Shown here: one piece after another, positions 26,890-35,863 of the stretch
How the letters are laid out: each line of letters opens with the position of its first letter
Position numbering within the stretch: the first letter of the stretch is position 1
Source of the DNA: Alphaproteobacteria bacterium
GTDB taxonomy: Bacteria; Pseudomonadota; Alphaproteobacteria; CALKHQ01
Length of the DNA stretch: 64,000 bases
Direction of reading: 5' to 3'
Assembly: GCA_965227515.1 (NCBI GenBank)
Contig: CBDDFZ010000001.1
Location: forward strand, 1,856,001 to 1,920,000
The notes under the pieces: model-generated
What the model was told of the DNA's origin: nothing
Seen by the model: only the letters and a program-made list of their open reading frames with translations
Databases searched by the model: none
Position numbers and translations under genes: made by a program

Positions 26890-27759
26890 CTACAGGCCAG
26901 CCAGCCAGTCCAGGCCCTCGCCCACCCATTCGGCCGGGATCGAGTGGCCGCCCGCATGCAGGCAGAGCTGCAGTTCGTCGCCGCTGCCGCACGCCGACCA
27001 GACCTGGCAGTCGTAGCGTGGCGCGGCTTCCAGCCGGTCGGGCAGGGCAGCGCAACCGTCAATCTCGCGCAACAGGTCCAGGCCCTCGGGGATCGGCATC
27101 GAGTTGTAGATCCCGATCCGGTCGAAGGCGACCACGCGGTCGCTGGTGCCATGGATGTGGCGCATGCTGATCGGCCCGGTCGGGCAGTCGGGCGGGGTCG
27201 AGCCCCAGAAGCCGCCGGCGATCGGCAGGTAGCCCGCGAACAGGTCGCCGGCGTAGCAGGCGACGTTCCACACCATGGAGGCGCCGCGGGAGAACCCGGA
27301 TGCCAGCGTCATGTCGGGGTCGACGGGCCAGCGCGCCTGGATGTCGGCCATCACGGCATGGACGTAGGCCAGCTCGTCGCGCCCCGGCTCCGCGCGCCCG
27401 GAACCGATCTGCCGCCAATAGCCGGTCTGCGCCCATGGCACCACGAACAATGCGCCGCGACGGGTGACGCCGTTGATCATCACCCTGTTGCGGAACATGC
27501 CCTCAGGCGAGGAGTTCCAGCCGTGGAAGAACACCACCAGCGGCAGCGGCGAGCTGCCGTCCCAGCCGTCGGGCAACTGGGCGAGATAGTAGCCGCCGTC
27601 GACCTCGCACCGGCCGCCGCTGCCGCAATCGTCCGCGATGGCCGTCGTCGCCGGTGGCAGCAGAAACCCGGCGAGCGCCAACAGCACTGTGGGTCCGATA
27701 CCGGCGACTCTGCGCGAAAACGACAATGCCCTGCTCCCGTGCCAGTGGAGCGCCAGCAT
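26890..27759 (-). CDS. Secreted esterase (LpqC/PHB depolymerase-like); start uncertain
   Basis: VFFHGW, GFSRGAS nucleophile motif, HIHGTSD, GGH. Confidence 0.8.
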   Translation of the reverse strand: MLALHWHGSRALSFSRRVAGIGPTVLLALAGFLLPPATTAIADDCGSGGRCEVDGGYYLAQLPDGWDGSSPLPLVVFFHGWNSSPEGMFRNRVMINGVTRRGALFVVPWAQTGYWRQIGSGRAEPGRDELAYVHAVMADIQARWPVDPDMTLASGFSRGASMVWNVACYAGDLFAGYLPIAGGFWGSTPPDCPTGPISMRHIHGTSDRVVAFDRIGIYNSMPIPEGLDLLREIDGCAALPDRLEAAPRYDCQVWSACGSGDELQLCLHAGGHSIPAEWVGEGLDWLAGL

Positions 27760-27864
27760 GCCGTGCAGGCCCGCTCACCGCACGCCACAAGCGCGTTACG
27801 GTGACCGGCATCACACTGCGTTCGCCTGCGGCGGCGATCCCTTGCCTGGCGAGAATATTCATAC

Positions 27865-27880
27865 CTAACAAGCGGTTAAC
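27865..27880. promoter_or_regulatory. CtrA-like box
   Basis: CTAA-CAAGCGG-TTAAC, one mismatch to TTAA-N7-TTAAC. Confidence 0.4.
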
Positions 27881-28027
27881 CGGTTCCCCGGCCCAGGGTG
27901 GCTGCGCCTTCCGGCGGCCCTGCGACCGCGATCCGATGGGGCGCGCGCATCCAAACACACCGACCCGCGCGTACCGATGCCATTGCAGCACACGGTCGAC
28001 CCCGACCGTGAATATTGGAGAATCCAG

Positions 28028-29338
28028 ATGGCAAAGAAGTCCCAGAAGACGGCGACCACCACCACGAAAACCCAGGTGCTCCGCAAGACCCTTCGACTGG
28101 CGGAACTGGAATCCAACCGCCTGCTGTTAAGCCACCCCGACATTGGCGATGTTGCCTATCGCATCGAGGGAACGCTGTCGGTCGACGCGCCGGCCGACGT
28201 CGACCTGTTGGCGAAGGATGCTTGCGCGGAGGGCCCGGTTGCCCTGACGCCGGTCGACATGAGCATTGTCGCCCGCCCCATCTGTCCGGTTCCGGCGCCG
28301 TTTCCCAAGCTGATCTCGTTCAGCTTCGCAATGGATGACGAGGCGATGACCGACGCATCGGGATCGTTCGACCCGGTGCGTGGCGTGGCCGCGCTTCGCG
28401 TTCCGGTCGCGGTCGTCATCCCCGATTTCGAGTATCGGTCGGATGCCATTCCAACCGAAGGCGCCGATGACCCGGCGGGCGACTATCCGTTCGAGGACCG
28501 CCAGGTCGGGGTGGCGCATTTCGCTCTGCACTGCGGCGACGGTGTTTTCAAAATGTCGGGCTTTGCCGATGCGATCCGACTGCCCGGGTCCGTCTACCTG
28601 GATGGCGATCCGGTGTTCGGCGGCTGCTTCGAGATCGCCGACGGCATGCGTTGCGGGCTGATCAAGGTGACGTTGCGCAATGCGACGGGCGACCCGAAGT
28701 TCACCGAGAAGATGGCGAACGACGTCCTGAAACGCGTCAACGACATATTCAGCTGCAAGACCGGGCAGGCCTGCATCAACTTCCAGAGCACCAAGTTCTA
28801 CGCCACCAGCCTGGTTGCGCCCAATCCGAGGCTCCGTCCGAAGGCCGACCCGGAGAGTACGCGCGACTATCTGAAATGGCTGGCGCCCTACCGCAACGAT
28901 ATCTCGACCAACAAGGGCGAGGTGTTCAACGTTCACTTCATCGACCGCTTCAACACGTCGCGCACCAACACCCCGAACGACGGCTTGCTTGGCGCGCTGG
29001 TGCCGCTTGGCGGCAATGCGTCGTGCGCTGTGTCGACCAGAAACAACGCCGGCAAGAAGTACACGACCGACGAGTTGGCCGGCCTGCTCGCCAACACCAT
29101 TTCGCGGCGGTTGGCGCTGGCGGTCTTTCAGACCAAAGCGGACCCGAAGGGCGTGCGCGGGCCCAGCCCCAACAAGACCAATCTGTCGTTCCGGCCACAG
29201 AACATCGCCGGGTACGGTGCGAACCTGATCGCGAACACGCAGTTGAACGCGGCGCAGTGCAAGCAGCTTCGGCGCAGCCTGTACATCACCGCCACCAAGG
29301 ATACCTGCACGTTCAAGCCGCGGGAGAAGATTGCCTGA
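28028..29338 (+). CDS. Hypothetical protein with a degenerate zincin-like C-terminal domain
   Basis: RBS GGAG before MAKKSQK; long ORF with good codon usage; C-terminal layout resembles zincins (see findings). Confidence 0.7.
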   Translation: MAKKSQKTATTTTKTQVLRKTLRLAELESNRLLLSHPDIGDVAYRIEGTLSVDAPADVDLLAKDACAEGPVALTPVDMSIVARPICPVPAPFPKLISFSFAMDDEAMTDASGSFDPVRGVAALRVPVAVVIPDFEYRSDAIPTEGADDPAGDYPFEDRQVGVAHFALHCGDGVFKMSGFADAIRLPGSVYLDGDPVFGGCFEIADGMRCGLIKVTLRNATGDPKFTEKMANDVLKRVNDIFSCKTGQACINFQSTKFYATSLVAPNPRLRPKADPESTRDYLKWLAPYRNDISTNKGEVFNVHFIDRFNTSRTNTPNDGLLGALVPLGGNASCAVSTRNNAGKKYTTDELAGLLANTISRRLALAVFQTKADPKGVRGPSPNKTNLSFRPQNIAGYGANLIANTQLNAAQCKQLRRSLYITATKDTCTFKPREKIA

Positions 29339-29414
29339 CGCTTGTCCGGATTGTGAGTATCGCGATGGCCCGGCGTCCAGGTGGCGCCGGGCCGAGCTTT
29401 GCTGGCAGCCGGCG

Positions 29415-29474
29415 CTAGAGCATGGAAATGGGAGAGGGCCGGTGCAGATTCAGCGTAAGCTGAACCCGATCTAG
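29415..29474. repeat. Family A repeat, internally deleted copy
   Basis: CTAGAGCATG...GGGAGAGGGCCGGTGCAGATTCAGCGTAAGCTGAACCCGATCTAG matches 6135-6264. Confidence 0.8.
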
Positions 29475-30106
29475 CTCTTGGCCTCTTCCCACTCGTCCTC
29501 GACGAACTCCTTCGACGAGTTGGTCTTCGGGAAACCGATGTCGGGGACGTCGACCCCCAGGAAGGCGCATAGCGGCGCCCAGCCATCGCCAAGGTCGAAG
29601 GTCAGCAGGCGGTCGGCGGGAATGGTGGCCTGCACTTCGGCGATGTGGTCCCGGAAGACCTGGGTGGCGTGCGCCCGGTCTGTCAGGCGGTCGTCGAAAG
29701 TCGGCTTGACCAGCGTGTCATAGGCCATGTCGCAAATCGCGTTCAGGTGCGGGACGGGGTGCGTGCCGCGCCCGGCAATCAGCGGCGCGATCGTCGCCTG
29801 CACGCTGTCGAACCAGGCATCCGGGTCGCGGACCGTCAGGATCACCTTGGCGTCCGGGTAGTACGCCGCCAGTTCGCGCCAGTACTTCGCGCCCGGCCAG
29901 TCGACCTGGGATCGGTAGCCTTCGAACATGCGGTCCCAGTCGGGCGCGGCACCGCGCGCCACCGCCGCCCAGTCGGGCAGAAGTTCGGGATTGTCGCGGA
30001 TCTCGAACATATGGTGGCACGGGCCGAACCCCAGGTGCTCCAGAGCCAGCTTCAAGGAGTTGGTGCCGGTGCGGCCGAAGCCCGCGCCAATGATCTCAAG
30101 CGCCAT
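29471..30106 (-). CDS. Sulfotransferase-like P-loop protein
   Basis: IIGAGFGRTGTNSLKLALE, CHHM, VDWP, GWAPLCAFL. Confidence 0.9.
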   Translation of the reverse strand: MALEIIGAGFGRTGTNSLKLALEHLGFGPCHHMFEIRDNPELLPDWAAVARGAAPDWDRMFEGYRSQVDWPGAKYWRELAAYYPDAKVILTVRDPDAWFDSVQATIAPLIAGRGTHPVPHLNAICDMAYDTLVKPTFDDRLTDRAHATQVFRDHIAEVQATIPADRLLTFDLGDGWAPLCAFLGVDVPDIGFPKTNSSKEFVEDEWEEAKS

Positions 30107-30143
30107 CGCGTCCCCCCAGACAGTCGCGTCGCGCGTGGGCCGG

Positions 30144-30539
30144 CTACTTCTTGGTCGGGCGGCCGCGGGTCATGCCGCGCCCGGTGGTGCGCTCGGCGAT
30201 ACGGGCCGCCTTGCCGGTACGTCCACGCAGATAATACAGCTTGGCACGCCGCACCTTGCCGTGGCGAATCACGTCGATCGACTCCAGCCGCGGGCTGTAG
30301 AGCGGGAACACGCGCTCAACGCCCTCGCCATAGGAGAGCTTGCGCACGGTAAACGACGAGTTCACGCCGGCATTGCGGCGCGCGATACACACGCCCTCGA
30401 ACGCCTGCACGCGCTCGCGGTTGCCCTCGATCACGCGCACGTTGACCCGCACGGTGTCGCCGGCGCTGAATTCCGGGATCTCGCGCGACGCGGTCTGCTT
30501 CTCGATTTCCTCGCGTTCCAGCTCTTCGATGACGTTCAT
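30144..30539 (-). CDS. rplS: 50S ribosomal protein L19
   Basis: [37 protein letters not shown]; RBS AAGGAG. Confidence 0.98.
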   Translation of the reverse strand: MNVIEELEREEIEKQTASREIPEFSAGDTVRVNVRVIEGNRERVQAFEGVCIARRNAGVNSSFTVRKLSYGEGVERVFPLYSPRLESIDVIRHGKVRRAKLYYLRGRTGKAARIAERTTGRGMTRGRPTKK

Positions 30540-30599
30540 GTTGTCCACTCCTTGGCGGGCCGCCGGTGCGGCCTGGTTATTGCGGTCAGGGATGCCGCG

Positions 30600-31349
30600 T
30601 CAGCGCTCGCTGCCGCGTGCGTCCTGGTTGGCGACGTAGCGGGCCCACAGGTCCGGCCGCCGGTTGCGGGTAATCTGCTCCGCCTGCCGGCGGCGCCATT
30701 TCTCGATCTCGGCGTGGTGGCCGGACAGCAGCACGTCCGGCACCGCGCGTTCGCCCCATTGTGCGGGGCGGGTGTAGTGCGGGTGCTCCAGCAGGCCGTC
30801 GCGAAAGCTCTCGTGCACCACCGATGCGGCCGTGCCGACGACACCCGGCAGCATGCGCACGCAGGCATCCAGCACCACCATCGCGGCCGGCTCGCCGCCG
30901 GACAGCACGAAGTCGCCGACGCTGATCTCGGTCAGGCCGCGTGCCTCGATCACGCGCTCGTCCAGCCCTTCGTAGCGGCCGCACACCAGGACCACGCCCG
31001 GGCCCTGGGCCCAGCTGTCGACCATCGCCTGGTCGACCGGACGGCCGCGCGGGCTGAGGTAGAGCAGCGGCGCACCTGCGGGGGCGTTGGCCGCGACGGC
31101 GCCGATCGCGCGATCCACCACGTCGGCGCGCATCACCATGCCGGCACCGCCGCCGAACGGCTCGTCATCGACGGTGCGATGCTTGTCCTCGGCGAAGTCG
31201 CGGATATCGACGGCGTCCAGCGACCAGCGGCCGTCGGCCAGGGCGCGCCCGGCCAGCGAATGGCCCAGCGGCCCCGGAAACATCTCCGGGAACAGGGTCA
31301 GCACCGTCGCTGCCCAGCAGTTCGGTTGCCGTGCGGGTTGGCTAGCCAT
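30600..31349 (-). CDS. trmD: tRNA (guanine37-N1)-methyltransferase
   Basis: [36 protein letters not shown]. Confidence 0.97.
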   Translation of the reverse strand: MASQPARQPNCWAATVLTLFPEMFPGPLGHSLAGRALADGRWSLDAVDIRDFAEDKHRTVDDEPFGGGAGMVMRADVVDRAIGAVAANAPAGAPLLYLSPRGRPVDQAMVDSWAQGPGVVLVCGRYEGLDERVIEARGLTEISVGDFVLSGGEPAAMVVLDACVRMLPGVVGTAASVVHESFRDGLLEHPHYTRPAQWGERAVPDVLLSGHHAEIEKWRRRQAEQITRNRRPDLWARYVANQDARGSER

Positions 31350-31932
31350 GACCGGGTGCCGCCGCTGCATCTTGCTCGTCAAGGGCGTCGTCGTCTTCGT
31401 CGTCGGCGCGCGTGCGGTCGGGGTCTAGCCCGGCCGGCACCTCCACCACGATGCGGCCGCCGGGGATGTCCACTTCCGGCACGCAGGCATGGTTGAACGG
31501 CAGCACCAGGGTGGCGAGCCCCGCGCCGCGGGTGATCTCCACCACGTCGCCGGCCCCGAAGTCGGAGATGTTCGACACGGTGCCGATGGCGGTCCCGTCG
31601 CGATCCACCGCCGCCAACCCGATCAGGTCGAAGTGGTAGAACTCGTCATCGTCCTCGGTCTCGGGCAGGCTTGCCCGGTCGACGTGGAGGCGGGTGCCCT
31701 TCAGCGCCATAGCCGCCTCGCGGTCGGCGATGCCCTCGATCCGCGCGACAAGTGCCGCGCCGGAACGGCCGGTCAGGCTGATGTCGAAGCGCTCGCCATC
31801 CGCACCATACAGCGGGCCGTAGGCACAAATGTCCTCCGGCTCGTCGGTGAAGCTGCGCAGCTTTACCAGACCGCGAACGCCATGGGCCGCCCCGATGGCG
31901 CCGATGCAGATCAGCTTGTCACGCTCAGGCAT
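31342..31932 (-). CDS. rimM: Ribosome maturation factor RimM
   Basis: [22 protein letters not shown]; position between rpsP and trmD. Confidence 0.95.
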   Translation of the reverse strand: MPERDKLICIGAIGAAHGVRGLVKLRSFTDEPEDICAYGPLYGADGERFDISLTGRSGAALVARIEGIADREAAMALKGTRLHVDRASLPETEDDDEFYHFDLIGLAAVDRDGTAIGTVSNISDFGAGDVVEITRGAGLATLVLPFNHACVPEVDIPGGRIVVEVPAGLDPDRTRADDEDDDALDEQDAAAAPGHG

Positions 31933-31968
31933 CGCTCAAGCATCCCAAACGGCGGCGGGTGCCGCGCC

Positions 31969-32418
31969 TCAGGCGGTGGCTTCGGCTTCCGCCGCTTCGT
32001 CGGCACCAGCGTCCTCGGCCGGCGCTTCCGCAGGGGCCTCATCAGCCTCGGCAGGTGCCGCGGCCGCTTCCTCGGCTGCCTTCTTCGCCTCCTCGGCCTC
32101 CTTCATGCGCTCAAGCGCCTTCGCCTTGGGCTGGCTCTTCTTGGTCTGCTCGCGCAGCACGAACTTCGGCGCCAGGCCGGCCTCGCCCAGGAAGCGGGCC
32201 ACCCGGTCGGTCGGCTGCGCACCGACGCCCAGCCAGTGCTGCACGCGCTCGGTGTTCAGTTGCACGCGGTGCTCGTCGTCGCGCTCCAGCATCGGGTTGT
32301 AGCTGCCCACCTTCTCGATGAAGCGGCCGTCGCGCGGGTTGCGCGCATCGGCAACCACGATGCGGTAGTAGGGGCGCTTCTTGGCGCCGGCACGGGCGAG
32401 GCGGATTTTCAAAGCCAT
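31969..32418 (-). CDS. rpsP: 30S ribosomal protein S16
   Basis: [24 protein letters not shown]. Confidence 0.98.
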   Translation of the reverse strand: MALKIRLARAGAKKRPYYRIVVADARNPRDGRFIEKVGSYNPMLERDDEHRVQLNTERVQHWLGVGAQPTDRVARFLGEAGLAPKFVLREQTKKSQPKAKALERMKEAEEAKKAAEEAAAAPAEADEAPAEAPAEDAGADEAAEAEATA

Positions 32419-32478
32419 CGCTGGTTGGTCCTTTCTGTGGTCGATTCCGTCGTGTCGCTAGCGAAACAGGATGCAGGG

Positions 32479-33906
32479 TCAGCCCTGCGGGAAACCGGGG
32501 GGCAGGCCGCCGGGCGGCAAACCACCGGGGGGCATGCCGCCTCCCGGACCACCGCCGCCGCCACCGAGCAGGCTGCCCAGGCCGCCGCGCGCCAGCCCCT
32601 TCGGGCCCAGCTTGCCGACCTTCTTCATCATCTTCGACATTTCCGCATGCTGCTTCAGCAGCTTGTTGACTTCCTGCACCGTGGTGCCGGAGCCGGTGGC
32701 GATCCGCCGCTTGCGCGAGGCATGGATCACCTTCGGCTTGGTCCGCTCGCCGGGGGTCATCGACAGGATGATTGCCTCCTGGCGTTTCAGGATGCTCTCG
32801 TCGACATTGGCCTGGTCGAGCTGTTTCTTGATCTTGCCGATGCCGGGCAGCAGGCCCATCAGGCCGCCGAACCCGCCCATCTTCTTCAGCTGGCGCAGTT
32901 GCTGGAGAAGGTCGTTGAAGTCGAACTCGCCCTTCTGCATCTTGCGGGCGATCTTCTCCGCGTCCTCTTCCTCGATGACCTGCTGGGCCCTCTCCACCAG
33001 GCTGACGACGTCGCCCATGCCCAGGATGCGGCCGGCGATGCGGTCGGGGTGGAAGGGCTCAAGCGCGTCGATCTTCTCGCCGACGCCGATCAGCTTGATC
33101 GGGCAGCCGGTGACCGCGCGCATCGACAAGGCCGCGCCGCCGCGCGCGTCGCCGTCGACGCGGGTCAGCACGATGCCGGAAAGCCCGATCCGCTGGTTGA
33201 AGTTGGTGGCGGTGGTCACCGCGTCCTGGCCGGTCATGGCGTCGGCGACCAGCAGGGTCTCCGCCGGCTTCACCGCGTCGCGCACCGCCGCGACCTCGGC
33301 CATCAGCGTCTCGTCGATGGAAAGCCGGCCGGCGGTGTCCAGGATCACCACGTCATAGCCGTTGAGCTGGCCGGCGCTGATCGCGCGCTTGGCGATGTCG
33401 ACCGGGCGCTGGCCCGGCACGATGGGCAGCGTCTTCACCTCGGCCTGCTCGCCCAGCACGGCAAGCTGTTCCTGCGCGGCGGGGCGGTAAACGTCCAGCG
33501 ACGCCATCAGCACTTTCTTGCGCTGATCCACCTGCAGCATGCGGGCGATCTTGGCCGACGTGGTGGTCTTGCCGGAGCCCTGCAGGCCGACCATCAGGAT
33601 CGGCACCGGCGGCACCGCGTTCAGGTTCAGGCTCTGGGACTCGGCCCCCAGCATGGCGACCAGCTCGTCATGGACGATCTTGACCACCTGCTGGCCGGGG
33701 GTGACCGACTTGATGACTTCCTGGCCGACCGCGCGCTCGCGGACCTTGTTGACGAAGTCCTTGACGACGGGCAGCGCGACGTCGGCCTCCAGCAGCGCCA
33801 CGCGGACCTCGCGCATGGCCGTGCTGACGTCGGCCTCGCTCAGCGCGCCGCGCCGCTTCAGCTTGTCGAAGATATCGCCGAGCTTGCCACCTAGTCCGTC
33901 AAACAT
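32479..33906 (-). CDS. ffh: Signal recognition particle protein
   Basis: GLQGSGKTT, DTAGR, DGDARGGA, M domain SMT..ER. Confidence 0.98.
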   Translation of the reverse strand: MFDGLGGKLGDIFDKLKRRGALSEADVSTAMREVRVALLEADVALPVVKDFVNKVRERAVGQEVIKSVTPGQQVVKIVHDELVAMLGAESQSLNLNAVPPVPILMVGLQGSGKTTTSAKIARMLQVDQRKKVLMASLDVYRPAAQEQLAVLGEQAEVKTLPIVPGQRPVDIAKRAISAGQLNGYDVVILDTAGRLSIDETLMAEVAAVRDAVKPAETLLVADAMTGQDAVTTATNFNQRIGLSGIVLTRVDGDARGGAALSMRAVTGCPIKLIGVGEKIDALEPFHPDRIAGRILGMGDVVSLVERAQQVIEEEDAEKIARKMQKGEFDFNDLLQQLRQLKKMGGFGGLMGLLPGIGKIKKQLDQANVDESILKRQEAIILSMTPGERTKPKVIHASRKRRIATGSGTTVQEVNKLLKQHAEMSKMMKKVGKLGPKGLARGGLGSLLGGGGGGPGGGMPPGGLPPGGLPPGFPQG

Positions 33907-33954
33907 TGGGGCCTTCGAACATGTTGCCGTCCCGCGTTGTTGGCGCGCGCCAAA

Positions 33955-34042
33955 CGAAAAAGCGCCGGTGCGCGAAACTCGCGGACCAGCGGAGCGCCGT
34001 GGCGCCTGGAAAGTCACTGCCCTGATGGGTCAGTCGTAGCGT
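33955..34042 (-). ncRNA. Possible structured ffh leader RNA
   Basis: GC-rich hairpins plus a U-run between the promoter and ffh start; an ffh leader family is known in Alphaproteobacteria; not verified by covariance model. Confidence 0.35.
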
Positions 34043-34051
34043 GTGCGCGGG

Positions 34052-34080
34052 ATATAGGGGGTTTCGGCGCGGTATGTCAA
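34052..34080 (-). promoter_or_regulatory. sigma70-type promoter for ffh
   Basis: TTGACA-N17-CTATAT on the minus strand. Confidence 0.7.
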
Positions 34081-34137
34081 CGATTGCGCGCGTAGTTGCA
34101 TTTGATCCACGGGGCCTATTCTCGAAAACACTCAAGT

Positions 34138-34225
34138 CGTCATGGTCGGGCTTGTCCCGACCATCCACGTCTTTTTCTCCGACGGCGGCAAGACGTGGAT
34201 GCCCGCAACAAGTGCGGGCATGACG
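34138..34225. repeat. Family B palindromic repeat
   Basis: CGTCATGGTCGGGCTTGTCCCGACCATCCACG...GTGCGGGCATGACG. Confidence 0.9.
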
Positions 34226-34243
34226 TTATTGAGCTTTCAAAAC

Positions 34244-34948
34244 CTACGCCGCCTCGGCCATTTCCGGGTACAGGCGTTCGGTCATGCGGGCGACGTAGTA
34301 GACCAGGTTCGGCATGTCGGAGACCGCCTGCTTCAACGGGCTCTCGAACGGCATCAGCAGCACGCTGGCCAGCATGCCGTAGATGGTGGCGTCCACTGTG
34401 TGCGGCTGCGCCCCGAACAGGAACGCGCGGTCGCCGAGCAGGGTCGACACCGCGTCGGCATCGCGGCGGCCGAATGCGTAGATCTCGGCCGGTGTGTGAC
34501 GCCCGATGCCGTGGCGCCACAGCATCTCGCGCGCGCTGTCGCGATAGCCGTTCGCCACCTCGTCCGGCACGTCGGCGAACACCATGCCGCGCAGCTTCTG
34601 CCAGTTCTCTTCCTCGATCCAGCGGCTGTAGACGATGGCGTGGTAGAACCGCTCCTCCATCATCACCTGCACGGCGTGGGCGGTCGCCCGGTCGACGGCG
34701 GCAAGGTCGTCATCGAGGGCGAGGCCGTGGTGGCGCGCCAGGTGCTCGGTGATCAGCGTGCTGTCGCCGATGACCTGGTCGCCGTCGGTGATGTAGGGCG
34801 CCTTGCCCTTCGGCGCGCCCGCCAGGTCGGTGATCGCTTCGACCTGGTACGGAATGCCGCCGAGGCGCAGGACCGTCTCCAGCTTCAGGCAGAAACCGCT
34901 GGGGCTGATGGTGCCGGGGCGGGCGACGAATTGGTGCAGGGTGAGCAT
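34244..34948 (-). CDS. Glutathione S-transferase (metaxin/Fax-like)
   Basis: SPSGFCLKLE, APKGKAPYI, IGDS, GIGRH. Confidence 0.9.
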   Translation of the reverse strand: MLTLHQFVARPGTISPSGFCLKLETVLRLGGIPYQVEAITDLAGAPKGKAPYITDGDQVIGDSTLITEHLARHHGLALDDDLAAVDRATAHAVQVMMEERFYHAIVYSRWIEEENWQKLRGMVFADVPDEVANGYRDSAREMLWRHGIGRHTPAEIYAFGRRDADAVSTLLGDRAFLFGAQPHTVDATIYGMLASVLLMPFESPLKQAVSDMPNLVYYVARMTERLYPEMAEAA

Positions 34949-35091
34949 GGCCGTTCTCCTGTTGGCGTGTGCGTCGGAAGGCACCATGCCAGCCCCCTGC
35001 TGACAGCCTGATGTCAGGAGAACACAGGGTGATCACGAAAAAGACCTGGCGCCATCGAGAACGAGCCTGATTGCTCCAAGACACCCTTGCT

Positions 35092-35181
35092 CGTCATGCC
35101 CGCACTTGTTGCGGGTATCCACGAGATGGCGGCGGAGCCGCCAACAAGACGTGGATGCTCGGGACAAGCCCGAGCATGGCG
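35092..35181. repeat. Family B palindromic repeat (opposite orientation)
   Basis: Near-exact reverse complement of 39261-39350. Confidence 0.9.
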
Positions 35182-35233
35182 GGGTTGAAAATTTTGCGGT
35201 CGAACCAATGGGTGAGGCGACAACGACGGTGGG

Positions 35234-35863
35234 TCAGGCCGGCGCCAACCCCATCAACCCACACCCATCCTCCAACTGCCCCCACAGGCTCGCGGCCATC
35301 GACCAGCGGACGAGAATGAGAAAGTCGCTTGCCTCGTCCATATTGACCCGCGCGTAGAGGACAGCCGGGCCGTGGCCGATGTTGGTGCCGACCACGTCGC
35401 CTGATTTCAGCGCGCGCGGGTGGAGGTCGATGGTGGTGAAGCGGGCCAGCAGGTGACGGACTCCCGGACCGGTCGCCTCGATCACCGTGTAGTAGTCGGT
35501 GACGTCGACCAGTTGATGGTGCGTATCGCCCGCGGCTTCGCTGATGCTGTCGGCGAGCGCCGCTTCGCCATCCGGTTCGGTGATCAGCATCCATTCGTCG
35601 GGACCGAGCCACAGTGCCGGGCCGAACGCATTGTCGACGGCCCGGTTGGCGTGGCGCGGTATGGCGATGCCGCCGAGCCGCCAGTGGTCGTAGCGTTCCG
35701 CATCCGGCTGCACGCCGGCGGCCCAATCCGCGCAGAGCACATCCGGCTTGCCGCGCAGGATGAGCTTGCCCATGAAAGGGCGCTCGGCCAGCGTCACCGC
35801 GCCATCGCCGAAGGTCTGTGGCGTGGTGTGGGCGAGGGGGGAGAGGCGCGGCACGTCAGCCAT
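35234..35863 (-). CDS. soxG: Sarcosine oxidase gamma subunit
   Basis: LWLGPDEW, IDLHP, VRWSMA; operon position. Confidence 0.85.
   Translation of the reverse strand: MADVPRLSPLAHTTPQTFGDGAVTLAERPFMGKLILRGKPDVLCADWAAGVQPDAERYDHWRLGGIAIPRHANRAVDNAFGPALWLGPDEWMLITEPDGEAALADSISEAAGDTHHQLVDVTDYYTVIEATGPGVRHLLARFTTIDLHPRALKSGDVVGTNIGHGPAVLYARVNMDEASDFLILVRWSMAASLWGQLEDGCGLMGLAPA

Noticed and set aside
32479-32600. Gly/Pro-rich repeat at the ffh 3' end
   Set aside because: Ordinary low-complexity Ffh C-terminal tail
31489-33894. 801-aa plus-strand ORF and similar long overlapping ORFs
   Set aside because: Antisense shadows of real genes, expected in high-GC DNA
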